This document shows, piece after piece, positions 50,859-63,613 of a stretch of DNA of 64,000 nt; the first letter of the stretch is position 1, and each line of letters opens with the position of its first letter. Below the pieces are notes generated by a model, which was not told the DNA's origin, ran no database searches, and was given only the letters and a program-made list of their open reading frames with translations. The stretch is from Lytechinus pictus (taxonomy: Eukaryota), in the NCBI RefSeq assembly GCF_037042905.1, contig NC_087251.1, positions 6,264,001 to 6,328,000 on the forward strand, written 5' to 3'. The position numbers were made by a program, and so were the translations under genes.

Positions 50859-53800
50859 CGTACCGTACGCTGCCCAATTCTCGCTCACCCCGGCCTCACA
50901 AGCGCGATGCGCACGCTGCTTATTATGATTATCATTTTAAATTCGTCCCAAATTCCTTATTGTTTAGTATACTCGCATAATTAAGCACCCAAGAGGAGAC
51001 CATTACATGAAAAAACAAAGTGTGGAAAAATAAAATCAATCCCTTAATAAATCATCGTGAAATACTGCTTTAAATGTAAAGTAACCCGATAACTGTTTGA
51101 ACGGGTTTGAACTTCGATTAACTGTACCGCAACTGCACCAAATTACGTGTTTTTTTCAATCACTTTAAAAACTCCTAAAAAACAGTGAAAAATGTTATAT
51201 TCTTATATGATGAATGAAAATGTGAGAGTCGCAGGTGCGGGAGGTCCTGATATGTCGTCATGACAAATTTTTTTAGAATGAATATTTGTTGTGTGAATGA
51301 ATTAGCGAGGGCATACCTTGAGATAGCAGCCTGCCCTAACTCCGCTCACCCTGATTGTAGTATGATAATCATTGTAAGAGTATACTATATAGGGCCTAAA
51401 CGGAATTGTCATAATTTTTCAAGTAGACTTTTCTTTAGAATCTGATTTTTTGTGTCAGTTCCTCTATTTTGATGGTGCTGAACATGAATCCGCTTGTTGC
51501 CAGTTTCATAAATGCCTCCTTCCGCCGTTGCCATGGCAACTGATTAATATGTTTAAAAAAAATAACATATTGAGCCGATATATATGGCATATTACCCTGT
51601 CAATTTAATGGTCCAATCTATCATTCTTAAGCCTTCCAAATTCAATTTCTAGATATAGGCCTATCAAGTCATCAAAGTATTTGCAAAAGATCCATTGCCA
51701 TGGTAACGGCTTATCTTTCCCGCAGAAAATACAATTGTCTTGATTGCCTGCAGAGACAGGGCGCCGCTTTTTCTGACGGCGCCGCGCGGGCGGCGTCGTA
51801 AACATTGAAATAAAACAGGATAAGTTTGTGAAATGTAATCATAAGTTTGAAATAGGACTATAGGTTTCTATAGCTTTCATGAATCTTAGAAATAAGGGAG
51901 TCAGTGAAAATCCTATAGTGAGTTTCAGGTCATGCCACGGTCAAAGGTAATTTAAGGTCAATGAACTTTGGTCATGTACGCCTTTGGGGGCATTTATTGA
52001 ATTGCCATCATAAATCAACATTATGGTGGGAAAAGATGAATGGTGGAAAATGACAATGAAAATGCCAAAATCTACATAGGTTCGACCAACTCATTTGAAT
52101 TAAATTTCGAAAACAACAGAGTGTTCTGCATGGATATAAGTTCATTTGAATGCATGGTAATGGTATGTTGCCATGGTAACGCCTGATTACTCTACTAATT
52201 CAACTCGTGAATTTAATATGAGATGAAAATTAAGTGTAAACAATTCAGGAATGTCTGAATTTATTTCAGGTCATAATTCAGTATAGGCCTACCTCATAAG
52301 AAAAATCGCTTCAATAAGAATAGTGGTAATATTTGCTTGTACATAAGAGAAATCAGCTCGATTGATCAGCCCATAATATTATGCTCATTATGTTAGCTAT
52401 AGGGCAGATTATAACTGTAATACATGAACAATAAAGTAAGTCTTAAAGGAGATCGAAAAGAGATCGAGTGTCATATGAATTCATGAACAAAATTTTTTTG
52501 CTTGTCAAATTTTCTAGCCCCTTGCCCCCCTACTTTTTGGGAAAGATTTCCGCCCCTGATTCAGAAAAAACGAGACATTTTAAGCACTTTTGTAATGATG
52601 TTTTATCTTACAAACCGAGAATGACTTGAAAACAAGACATGAATAATGAAACAAACGGTCAATGCGGGCGCGAAGAGCAGGCTGAATAGTTATTTTGTTC
52701 TAAATGAAGGGTATAGGTATTTGTCGGTCCCCAACTCTCATTTTCGTCTTGTCTTCTTCCTTTTATTTTCCTTCCTCATAATCTTTTTTTTTTCATTTCG
52801 TTATTTTCCTATTCCGCGCGGCCTGGCCCAAAGTGTTTGGGAAAAAGTTTTACAAAAATTATCTTGCTCTATAACGAATCTTAAGGTCATCAATGCTAAA
52901 AAATGAGACTTCGATGCTTATCAATACCGACTAACAAACAACTATAGGGATAGTTTTTTTTTTTTGCTCTGGGGTGAAGCCCCTCCCCGGTTCCGCGGCC
53001 CCTGGCATGTCTTCTAGGCTATTATCGATCGTAATGCTGTTTTTTTATGTGGCCTATTCATATTTTGATGATTACCAATATAATTTACTCAGAGTATGAA
53101 ATTTAGGGATAATTTAATTGGAATGAAACAAGGATTTTATACACGTCACCTCAAATAGATGTGTAATTAGGCCTATGTGATAACTTATGAGCCTAATGAT
53201 ACATATATTTTATGTTAGGCCCATTATCTGCATGCCTATCTGATTCATATCTATAAATCTAAATAAAATAAAGAATTTAAATGAATAAATAAAAATATAT
53301 CCCACTAATGGGCCTATATAGGCCTGTTGAACTCGGTCAGTAGTTTCCTGATTGATTTGAATAGATGAAACTTTGTCATGTTTATGGATATTTCCTTTTT
53401 TTAATTATGTTTTGTTTGAAAACGGAACAGGATTTAAATTGACCAATTTATTTTGAACAAATAGAATTTTCTTGAGTGCCCTTTTCCCTCTCCTATTATT
53501 GACGGGAGTTCGAATGTGAACTTAAACCAGCGAGGTGATTAAATATTATTGTTGTTTTTCAAGATGAGCTTTTTTTTATGAAAGTCAATATAAGGGAATC
53601 CCCCCAAAAGTATTATCGGAGTTCAGGGTTCAAGGTCTATTCACATCAACATTTCACATTTTCAAAAAATCAACAATTCAATACAAACAATAATATTATA
53701 CAATACAAGTTTTCATAGATAAGCATAAATCGTAAAAATATGAAATGTATATTATATACATAATATAACAATAAAAAAAGTACTAGAATGTATTCTTGAA

Positions 53801-54976
53801 ATTGGTTCTAAAATAATGACAAAGAAAGAAAATGAGAGATGTGGATATGAGGGAGCTAAAAGTAAAAGCAAAGCTTGTTGGTTGAAGGCTCCAAAGAATA
53901 TGCAGTGAATAAAAATAATTATTTCTAATAGTAAAAAAAATAATAATGTAAATCAATGGTCAATGACATCAGGGGGCAATGAGCGGAAGGGACGACAAGG
54001 GGGGGGGCACTCAAGTTGGATGAGTGGCGAAAATGATTACTTTGAATGGCGAATGTGCTAAAAGAGCTTTATAGCGTTTTATTTATAAGGTGTAAATTCA
54101 TCAATATTGATATTTTAAGTTAAGTTAACTTAACTATATCAAGCATGTTATTCTATTATATACTGTATATTGTTGTTTAAAACCTTTTTGTTCATGCTGA
54201 CTCTTTTATCCGCTTCCGATTTTATGTAAGCACCCTTATAGCACTGGTTAGGGTCATGGTCTTTATTGACAACAGTAATTTATTTGACCCAGTGGGTGCT
54301 CAATCTATACTCTGTTAATGTTGTTTTACATTGTTCCAATTTCATATACTTTTCATTTCCGAAATAAATAAATAATGATACACTCATAAAATTCATGAAT
54401 GGATTAGAATCATATTCATATTATTAGACAATTGAAATCAGTTAAAAGTTTGTCGGGAAAGGTTTTTTGAAAATATGTATTTTATAAAAAAATACGGAAT
54501 AAAGTTTGGAGGATAAAAAAAATGATATAGGCGTAGATCAGTAACAAAAAATTTGAGGCCCTAAAAATAATTGCACTTGGCGAAAGGAACATTTTATACA
54601 GTGCATAGTACTATAAAACTTGTAAACAATACATTTAATCACAACAAAATTACACACTTTCTCACTCAGAAGTGCAAGAAAAGGGTAGAAAAAAGAGTTA
54701 GACAGTATCAGGCCTTATAAACTACATGTATGAATGCGCGCGCTAAGTGAGCGGAGTTAGGGCAGTGGTGAGCGGCGAATGGGACAGGCGCAAGGGGTGC
54801 CGAAAACGGCGAATTACACAGCGGTGCTTTGAAGACATATAATTATTATCCTATGAAACAATTTTCCAGTATTTTCTCTTTCAGGTGACATATAGAAGTA
54901 AGGGTATCATAGCTAATTGAATGAAACATAAAGGAAAATACGTAAACTGAGCGACGATTGGGCAGCGTACGGTACG
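50859..54976. mobile_element. ~4.1-kb non-autonomous TIR element with ~30-bp TIRs and possible 3-bp TSD (GTA), ending 82 nt upstream of the SCYL1 ATG
   Basis: CGTACCGTACGCTGCCCAATTCTCGCTCA versus TGAGCGACGATTGGGCAGCGTACGGTACG; second inverted pair CTGCCCTAACTCCGCTCAC (51331-51349) / GTGAGCGGAGTTAGGGCAG (54747-54765). Confidence 0.6.
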
Positions 54977-55058
54977 GTATATTTGTGACGTGTAATTGAC
55001 GTGTTGATCTACCGAGAACTGATTGAGCCAAAGCTAAGGAAAACAAGAAGTTTCGACG
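54977..55058 (+). promoter_or_regulatory. SCYL1 proximal promoter/5'UTR with two CRE/ATF-like TGACGTG motifs
   Basis: tgtgacgtgtaattgacgtg directly upstream of exon 1; CpG-rich context. Confidence 0.4.
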
Positions 55059-55172
55059 ATGTGGTCATTTTTGTCGAGAGATCCAACGAGGAGCTTTCCT
55101 TTTGAAATAGGAGAGAAGGTGGATGGCTTAGAAGATAAATCAATTTGGACTTTGCATCACGGAAAACGAAAG
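55059..55172 (+). CDS. SCYL1: SCY1-like pseudokinase 1 (N-terminal kinase-like protein), exon 1 (MWSFLSRDPTRSFPFEIGEKVDGLEDKSIWTLHHGKRK)
   Basis: MW.F..RDP...FPFE N-terminus typical of SCYL1; AAG|GTAAAT phase-0 donor. Confidence 0.92.
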
Positions 55173-56354
55173 GTAAATATTAAATTAATGGCTAATCGCC
55201 TACCAACACAGTCCCACACGCAGTGTTTCATGTTTCATTCCGGATATTCCTGTCTCTTATCAAAATTCAAATTCAATAATTCAGCTGTCATCCAGGTAGG
55301 TATGTTGCAAAAAAATAAATTTGAGAAATGAGGTGTTTGCTTCATAGCATCATTTAGAGTTCATCAAGACCTTTCATTAATACCTCATTCATTTCATAGC
55401 CCCAGTAACAAGCACTCTGGGGCTACACCGCTATTCCAACGTGTACGTGTGTTGGAAAAGTCGACGCCAGACGGGTACGTTTTGGCCTTGAATTTCCAGC
55501 AAATTCAAGGCGTTCTTTTTGCTATAATTTTATAATGACGCTTAAATATCGAAATCAATGTAGACGAGTCTGTGCAGGGGCATAACAGGGGTATATAAGA
55601 GGGGGCATAGCACATATGCACATGTCGCGTGTGGAAGATAATACTTACGTAATGTAAGTCACGAGCACTAGCGTACCTAGGGGGGGGGCAGTCTGCCCCC
55701 CCCCCCCCGATGAGTCACAAACCCATGCAAATTACGTATCTCTGCCCCCCCTGACGAGCTTGAAGACCTTTTTTTTTTTTTTTTTTTTGCTTGTCAAATT
55801 TTTTGGCGGCCGATTTTGCCCCCTGTGGAAAATCCTAGGTACGCCACTGCCCGTACTACATGCATGTTGGTAGCACTGGGACCTCTGGATATTAACTAAT
55901 CCAATTTAATTACAGATGGCAGATTTTTTTTATTATCTGAGTAGATCCCCCCCCCCCCCCGGATTATTTGTTCTCACATGACTTTCCTTCCATTTTACAT
56001 TTCCTTTCGTTCTTTCTTTCTTTCATTTTTTCTTTCTTTCTTTCTTCCTTCCTTTGCTCTTATCATGTTTTTTTTCAGGTGAAATCCACTCGGGGGATGG
56101 CCAGCCATGCCCCCATCTGTTTACGCCTCTGAGATGTATATGATCTTTATCTTCGATTTTCCAAAGTAGGGGGGTGCATTTTCTCAAGTAAAATTTGACA
56201 ACCCCCCAAAAAAAGGTTATCACAGAAAAATTGTCATTTTGTCTCGCGTAAGATTTGACAAGTAAAACAAAAAAGATGGTTACTAAAAATAAAAGACTGT
56301 CATTTTGTCCGTGTAATATTTGGCAAGCCTCCCCCCCCCCAAGGTTAACATATC

Positions 56355-56551
56355 GGAGGCGCGATAGCTCAGTCGGTAGAGCGGGGGTTTCGGATTCCGG
56401 TGACCCAGGTTCGATTACCAAGTGGTGCGCTAGTGCCCTTTGGTAAGGCATTTATCCTCATTACCAGGTCCCTCGGAGAGGACCTTAAGCCGTCGGTCCC
56501 CTGGTTGCTTGCTCACAGGCATTCGTGCTTGTTTAGCAGTCAGGTAAATAA
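56355..56551 (+). mobile_element. tRNA-derived SINE (head resembles tRNA-Arg, TCG loop)
   Basis: A-box TAGCTCAGTCGGTAGAGC and B-box GGTTCGATT, followed by a non-tRNA body shared with 60313-60462. Confidence 0.8.
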
Positions 56552-57014
56552 TCTCGATATAACATAACATTAAAAAAAAGTGAAGGTCATTTTGTCCTGC
56601 GTGAAATTTTAAAAGTAATAAAAAGATGGTCACTAAAATTGAAGTTCATTTTGTTTGTGAAATATTTGGCAAGCCCCCCCCCCCCCCCAAAAAAAAAAAG
56701 GTTTTAACTAAAAATGATTGAAGGCCATTTTGTTCCTCTTAAAATTTGTCAAGTATAAAAAAAAATCACTAAAAAATGAAGGTCATTTGTCCCACGTAAA
56801 ATTTGACAAGCCCCCCCCCCTAAAAAAAAAAAAAAATGAAAGGTAACTGATAATGATTGAAGATCATTTTTTTCTTGCGTAAAATTTTCAAAAAAAGTGT
56901 GTCACTATTTGGCGAGCCCCCTACCCCCCCCCCCCCAAAAAAAAGGTTTAACTAATAATGATTGAAGGTCATTTTGTCTCTCGTAAAATTTGACAAATAA
57001 AAAAAAAGTTGTCA

Positions 57015-59530
57015 CTAAAAAAAGAAGGTCATCTTGCCGCGCGTTATATTTGGCAAGCCCCCACCCCCCCCCTAAAAAAGTTTGTCATTAAATATAGAAA
57101 GTCATGTTGTTCAAAGTAAAATAAATTTGAGAAGCAAAAAAGAAAAGGACAAAAAAGAGCAAAGAATATGAACAAAATATCCCCATTACAAATATTGCTG
57201 TGATTCTCATAAGGAGGTGGGGGGGACATAAGTTTGTACGAACGACATATTTTTTTTTACATCCAAAATATTGACTATGAATCTCAAAAGGTGGAACGGG
57301 CCAGAAATGCTCAACCACCCCCCCCCCCCCCCCGATCTGCCACTGATTCCAATCGATAATGACTTTTCCCTGCAATACTGATGCTTGAAATCAAGATACT
57401 GAAGATTGATATATTGTAATATAAATTATGAACGTCTGACAAAAAGATAACCAACCGATCACCTGACCGATCAGCTGACCAGTACGTGAATCACATCGGA
57501 GTTGATCAGTCCCCACAGCGTTTGGAACGCTCACCAAGAATTCAAGAAAAAAGACTGAAAATGTAAGTTTAACCTCAATCCATTAACTTTTAACCATTGT
57601 AATAGATTATTTAAGATGTTAAGAACTAATTTATACCAAAATTTTTACCATCCAATTTGTATTAAGGCGTACATTTGCCAAAGTCCTTGTGTGCAAATAG
57701 AAACGGCAATGTCTAACCGGTTTTATCACTTATGTCGCCTATGAGGTCCATACATGTAATGTTGGACCTCATTGGTACTAGGAGTGGTAACAAGGGGCCG
57801 ATTGCGCGAAAGGGTCTTTGGCTTTGCCTTTGCAAGAACCGTCTTTCGTGTCGCCCATTTATTATGATGTGCCATGTGAAACGCATTTTAAATAAATTAT
57901 ACGTGCAAAAATATTTTATTCATCCGTTAAAGTAAACAAAATCTTTGTTTATTAAATGATGTGATATATCATGAAATTAATTGTATACAAATTGGTTTTA
58001 ATGCTACTACTAGTACTAGCTAACAAATTTTATTTGTTAATCATACATTTCAGAAATATCCCGCATACAGCGCATCATAAAAGATGGGCGACACGAAAGA
58101 CGGTCCTTGAAAAGACCCTTTCGTGCAATCGGCCCAAGGAGGTTATGGTATGAACTATGAATGATGGTGGGCCCCAAGTCTGCGCTGATCCTAACAACAT
58201 TACAATTTGAGTTGAGATTTTAACATGAATTTCTTCTCTTTTCACAAAATCTTTTAGTTAATAATGTTCCTTCTATTATTACGAGTAGGTGTACCAAATA
58301 TCTCATACAAATTTGAAAGAAATATAGAATTTTCTTGGAAAAAAACCTCGGGCAGTCATTTTCAGATTGAATAAAAAAAATGGTAACTCATGTCTGCGCA
58401 CCCATTCACTTTCCACACGATTCGGGTATTTTAATGAGAAAGGCTGCATTTTGAGGCCGTGACATGAAACGCCCAAAATTAATTATTTTTCCACCATTTT
58501 GAGTAGGACTTTTTAATGAATATCTGTCTATATGTTGCATGTGTAAAGTTTGTGTTCGTTGCGTATCTTCTTATACTAGAATTGCGCAGATATGACAAGG
58601 GGGACTGCACAGACTTGGGGGGAACTTGCCATATTGTTTTTTAAAACAAAAGTTGTGACCTTTATTGGGACCAAGGTGCACTAATAGAAAACAACAATGC
58701 GCATACATTGGCATGTGGAAGTGCCCAACAACACTCCCAAAAATTAGACATCGCCGAAACTAGCGTCAGTAGATTTCTTTCAAATTTCACTACAATGTAG
58801 TTGAAATGTTCTATCGGAATGAATACCTTTTAGAGTGGGATGATACCTGTAAATATGAATAGCAAGAGGTTGAAGCAAGGCCAAAGTTCCAGTAGCACAC
58901 AGAGTTGCAAGATCACCGAGTGAGAAAAAAGAAGGTCATTTTGTCCACCGTTATATTTGGCAAGCCCCCCCCCCCCATAAAAAGTTTGTCACTAAAAGTG
59001 ATGTATAGAAAGTCATATTGTTCCCCGTAAAATTTGTCAAACAAAAAAAAAGGCCCAAAAAGAGAAGAATATGAACAAAATATCCCCATTACAAATATTG
59101 CTGTGATTCTCAAGGGAGGGGGGCCCATAACTTTGTATGAACGACATATTTACATCCAAAATATTGACTATAAATCTCAAAAGGGGGAACGGGCCAGAAA
59201 TGCTACCCCCCCCTCCCCGGATCTGCCACTGATTCCAATCTATAATGACTTTCCTCTGCAATACTGATGCTTTGAAATCAAGATACTGACGATTGATATG
59301 CTTAATATAAATTATGAACGTCTGACAAAATTTTTTTTTTAAATAAATATTAATAACATATTCTATTGTTCCAACCTTATGAAAGTTATATCTCATCCAT
59401 CGAACTTGTATTAAGGCGTACATTTACCAAAGTCCTGGGTTGGAAATCAAAACAGCATTGTCCAACCCATAATTTGGGTAATGTCACCTATAAGGTCCAT
59501 ACATGTTAATGTTTGGACCTCATTGGTACT
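57015..59530. repeat. Dispersed direct duplication: ~57015-57780 and ~58925-59530
   Basis: Shared GAATATGAACAAAATATCCCCATTACAAATATTGCTGTGATTCTCA...GATCTGCCACTGATTCCAATC...GGACCTCATTGGTACT. Confidence 0.75.
57795..58135. mobile_element. PIF/Harbinger-like MITE (3-bp TSD AAG)
   Basis: TIR GGGCCGATTGCGCGAAAGGGTCTTT / AAAGACCCTTTCGTGCAATCGGCCC. Confidence 0.65.
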
Positions 59531-59546
59531 CGGAATGAATATTTAA

Positions 59547-60149
59547 AGGACAAGTCCACCCCAACAAAAACTTTATTTGAATAAAAAGAGAAAAATTCAA
59601 CAAGCATAACACTGAAAAAATCATCAAAATCGGATGTAAAATAAGAAAGTTATGACATTTTAAAGTTTCGCTTCATTTCACAAAACAGTTATATGCACAT
59701 CTCTGTCAGTATGCAAATGAGGGAACTGATGACATCACTCACTCACTATTTCTTTTGTATTTTATTATATGAAATATGAAATGTTTTGATTTTCTCGTCA
59801 TTGTCATGTGAAATGAAGTTTCATTCCTCCCTGAACACGTGGAATTCCATTATCTTAACAATTTGTGGTTCAGGCAAGGAGGTCCTAATCGTCAAATTCC
59901 TAAAAATTGAAATATTGTATAATTCAAACAATAAAAAACAAAAGAAATAGTGAGTGAGTGACATCATCGACTCTCTCATTTGGATGTAACTGGCTCGTTC
60001 ATATAACTATTTTGTTAAAAATAAGCGAAACTTTGAAATGTCATAACTTTCTTATTTTACATCCGATTTTGATGAAATTTTCAGCATTGTGCTTGTCTGA
60101 TTTTTCTCTATTGATTCAAAACAACATTTTTCTGAGGTGGACTTGACCT
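59547..60149. mobile_element. TTAA-flanked MITE (Kolobok-like)
   Basis: TTAA|AGGACAAGTCCACCCC ... GGTGGACTTGACCT|TTAA with long inverted arms. Confidence 0.8.
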
Positions 60150-60312
60150 TTAAACCTGTGTGGGGTTTAGTTTTGGATCTGCCTCTGCTCTAGCATAATA
60201 TACCATAATGATCACTGATATAGTAGTTACTTGGACGAATCCAGATTCTTGCATATTTGTGCAGTCATTAGGAATTATCTATTAAAGTGTGCATTGAATC
60301 TGTTACTCTAGT

Positions 60313-60462
60313 GGGAGGCGTGATAGCTCAGTCGGTAGAGCGGGGGTTTCGGATTCCGGGTTCGAGTCCCAGTCCCAGGTCCCTCGGAAAGGACCTTAAG
60401 CCGTTGGTCCCCTGGTTGCTTGCTCACAGGCATTCGTGCTTTCTTAGCAGTCGGGTAAAAAA
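60313..60462 (+). mobile_element. Second, internally deleted copy of the same tRNA-derived SINE
   Basis: Same head and body (CCAGGTCCCTCGGA.AGGACCTTAAGCCGT.GGTCCCCTGGTTGCTTGCTCACAGGCATTCGTGC). Confidence 0.78.
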
Positions 60463-60936
60463 CCTCGGTATAACATTAAATGAAATCTTTAATAATGTCA
60501 AATAATTTTTCTTTCTGCCACCATTTCTTATTAATAATAATAATATTTTTAAAAAATGTCAATTTCTATTGACTAATTACTTAAAGAGATCTGCACCACT
60601 GAGCTAGCGTTTTGAGCTAGACGGGAATAACCGTCATTTCTAGGTATTTATTTATCAATTTCTGACATTGTACTATCATTCCCATTCACCAATGGTAGTA
60701 CGTTAGTGCGAGCTCACTTGGGTACTAATGTCGCCCAATCCGGGCCTAGACTATATAGATAGAGATTTTATAGTCTAGGTAAAAACAAAAATGGTCGCCC
60801 CAAAGGCAAAAAATTTAATATGGGGCATACATATCCTTCACTGAATGGAATGAAAAAGGAAAACATGTACTTGGTCTTTAGCTAAGAAACTCATTTTTTT
60901 TTTTTTTTTTAGAAAACCCATACACAACAAAATAAT

Positions 60937-61290
60937 CATGAAGCTTGTTAAGCTTAAGCCAAGATGCAGAACAAATGTGAGAAAACAAGCTTTTAGTCAC
61001 TGAGTAGTAATTGACCGGAACTCTCTCCCAGCTGAGGTAGTCGAAGCTCCCACAGTAGACATCTTCAAAATCAGGTTAGACTGACACTGGAGAGACTTGC
61101 ATTATGATTCCCAGTACTCTTAGATATAGATAGAAAAGTCAATTATCACCTGCTTGCCCCATTGCCTCCTTAAAGTTTAATTTTGGAGCATGATAGCAGC
61201 TGATAAGAAGAAGATAGACCCGGTAGCTCGACTGCGGATACAGCATTCTTCCATTATTTGCTATAAAAGGTAAGGTAGGGTAAGGTAAAA
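60937..61290 (+). mobile_element. Degenerate CR1-clade LINE 3' end with (GGTAA)n tail
   Basis: KL.KPRCRTNVRKQAFSH*VV...NSLPAEVVEAPTVDIFKIRLD with in-frame stops; tail AGGTAAGGTAGGGTAAGGTAA. Confidence 0.72.
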
Positions 61291-62766
61291 GTAATTCTTA
61301 GATCAGTTTTATCATCATGACAATTTCATCATGATAAATTCAACATCGAAATATTAACCTAAGGTTAAGTTGTGGAAATGTCACTTTAACTTAGAAAGTA
61401 TATGGACCTAGTTCACGAAACTTGGACATGAGGGTGCTCAAGTATTATTGAACATTCTGCCTGAGTTTAGGTCACATGATCAAGGTCAAAGGTCATTTAG
61501 GGTCAATGAAATTTTGCCATGTTGGGGGTATTTGTTGAATTGCCATCATAACTTTGATAGTTTTTGGATATAGTTCATGAAACTTGGAAAGAGTTATCAA
61601 TATCACTGAACATCCCGTACAAGTTTTAGGTCACATGACCAAGATCAAAGGCCATTTAGAGTCAATGAACATATATAAGAGTAATCAAGTATGAAAGAAT
61701 ATCCTGCATGAGTTTCTGGTTGCATGACCAAGGTCTAATGTTATTTAGGGTTAGTATTCCATTCATTATTCCGTAGTCAGCACTGCTGCTATATTGAATC
61801 ATGTAATGCAGGCGAGACTGCGAGAGGTCCTCCACTTGTTAGGTATTTTTACACCATTATCGCATAAGATTTTACATAGAGTTTACTATATATCCAACTA
61901 TCCAAATCTTTTCTAATGATTTGGCACTATCAGATCCAAATTGCAATAACAAAATCCTCTTACTGAAATCCAAGAAGAAGAAAAAGAAACTTTTATATTA
62001 TGGCCCACATTGGTAAGTTAAGCTCTTTTACTTCTACCATTTGTTTAACTTGAAACTGTATAGATAGGCCTAGATAGTGACCAGCTCCATGCTTTCATTT
62101 CACCATAATGTGGACCCTTCCCACATGCGAGTGCCTCAGGTGATGGTTTGTGTACACTACACTACATGAACCATCAGGTTGAGTCAATAGAAATTGGACT
62201 GTCAATTTACAACTTGTTTACTTGCTATATTGCATTGCGTAATCCAGGCAAGACTACTAGTACCAGAGGCGTCTATTTAAATAATTGTTGAAATTAGTAT
62301 GAAAATAAGGGTCTGTCACCAGAATTTAAATTTTGGGGGTCAAAATTGAATTAAATATAGTCTGCAGGTTTCGTTAGGGTCAGTGTTATGGCAAACAAGT
62401 AATTGGTTTCTTTTGCTTAAACAAGATTTCTTCTCACTGGAACTTCATTCATTTTGCTAGAACTGTGCATTGACTTTCCCCAATGTTGCATTATCCACCC
62501 TGTGTTTTTCCACATGGTTAGAGTATTTTATGGCCAGTAATTTAATATGCCTTCTGGCAATTCCATAAAATGACAAAGTTATAGTAAGCAATGTAATTTC
62601 CTGGCAAAAGACCCTTGCCTTGGATTTTGGGCTGGCACAACTTTTTCTTGGACCTAGACCAAATATTTTGTCATTTCGTGTTGAGATTTTGACCATGGTG
62701 TAGCCCACTGATAATTTGATTTATTAATCACAAATCATTTTTCTATGGCCTATTGTTTCCCGTCAG

Positions 62767-63018
62767 GCCAATGGAGAACCAGTATCTGTCTTTATAGTGG
62801 ATCTCAAAAGCCATTCAGAATCCATAGCCCAGTTAGCTAAGAGTGCTCACAAGCGACTCAAGACACTTCGACATCCAAATGTACTCCTCTATGTAGATGG
62901 GCTAGAGACGGACAATGTCATCTATGTTGTGACTGAGGAAGTGACACCATTGGCTACTTTCTTGAAGACTAATGCACCAAAAGAATCAACAATATCTTGG
63001 GGATTATATCAAGTAGTG
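62767..63018 (+). CDS. SCYL1: SCYL1 exon 2 (ANGEPVSVFIVDLK...KRLKTLRHPNVLLYVDGLETDNVIYVVTEEVTPL...ISWGLYQVV)
   Basis: TCAG acceptor and GTG|GTAAGT donor; 252 nt in frame; KRLKTLRHPN and VVTE.VTPL motifs. Confidence 0.94.
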
Positions 63019-63032
63019 GTAAGTGTTGCTCC

Positions 63033-63166
63033 TGGAGAGGGTTTCATCAACATTTTTGCCCGACAAGTTGTCAGATCTGACAAATTTCCTTGAATTTGAT
63101 CGGCTGAGAAACACTGTTACTGTCAGATAAAACGTTAGACAAGTTGTTTTATGAAACACTCCCCTG
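63033..63166. mobile_element. Small MITE in SCYL1 intron 2
   Basis: Imperfect TIR GGAGAGGGTTTCATCAA / TTATGAAACACTCC. Confidence 0.5.
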
Positions 63167-63321
63167 TATGATGAATTCTTTAAAGTGGATATAGACTCTA
63201 TAGAGTAAGATACCTTGGTATTATGGTTGATAATAATTGGAGCAGATAAAAGTAGCTGCTGCAATTTGTGTTCATGCCAGTTTGTCTACAAACTTTTCAT
63301 TTACATCTCACAAATTTACAG

Positions 63322-63548
63322 AAAGGACTGAGTTTCTTGCACAATGACTGCAAACTTAAACACAACAATGTAAACCTAAGCTGTGTATTTGTGAATCGGG
63401 CTGGGGAATGGAAGCTTGGTGCAGTGGACTACATCACTCCATCTGAAGGGGAAGGCAGCACCATTCCAGATAAGGGACTGAAGTCTCTAGAAAAATACAA
63501 CCCACCAGAAATGACTGATATGAGAGCTAAAAAGAGGCCATGCCCTTG
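63322..63548 (+). CDS. SCYL1: SCYL1 exon 3 (KGLSFLHNDCKLKHNNVNLSCVFVNRAGEWKLGAVDY...LEKYNPPE...CPW); gene continues beyond window
   Basis: TTTACAG acceptor and TG|GTAAGT donor; HNNV / GEWKLG / Y.PPE pseudokinase motifs. Confidence 0.94.
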
Positions 63549-63613
63549 GTAAGTTTAGCATTTGCCATTTCCAAATCAATGAATTTGAAAATGTTTGTTT
63601 GCTTGAATACACT

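Noticed and set aside
56355..56430. Functional tRNA gene
   Set aside because: Acceptor and T stems do not pair properly, and it continues into a SINE body shared with a second copy.
56023..56451. 142-aa minus-strand ORF
   Set aside because: Antisense read-through of a SINE, a poly-C MITE and a pyrimidine tract.
226..63264. Remaining 60-130-aa ORFs in the track
   Set aside because: Low-complexity, often non-ATG starts, inside repeats, with no splice or homology support.
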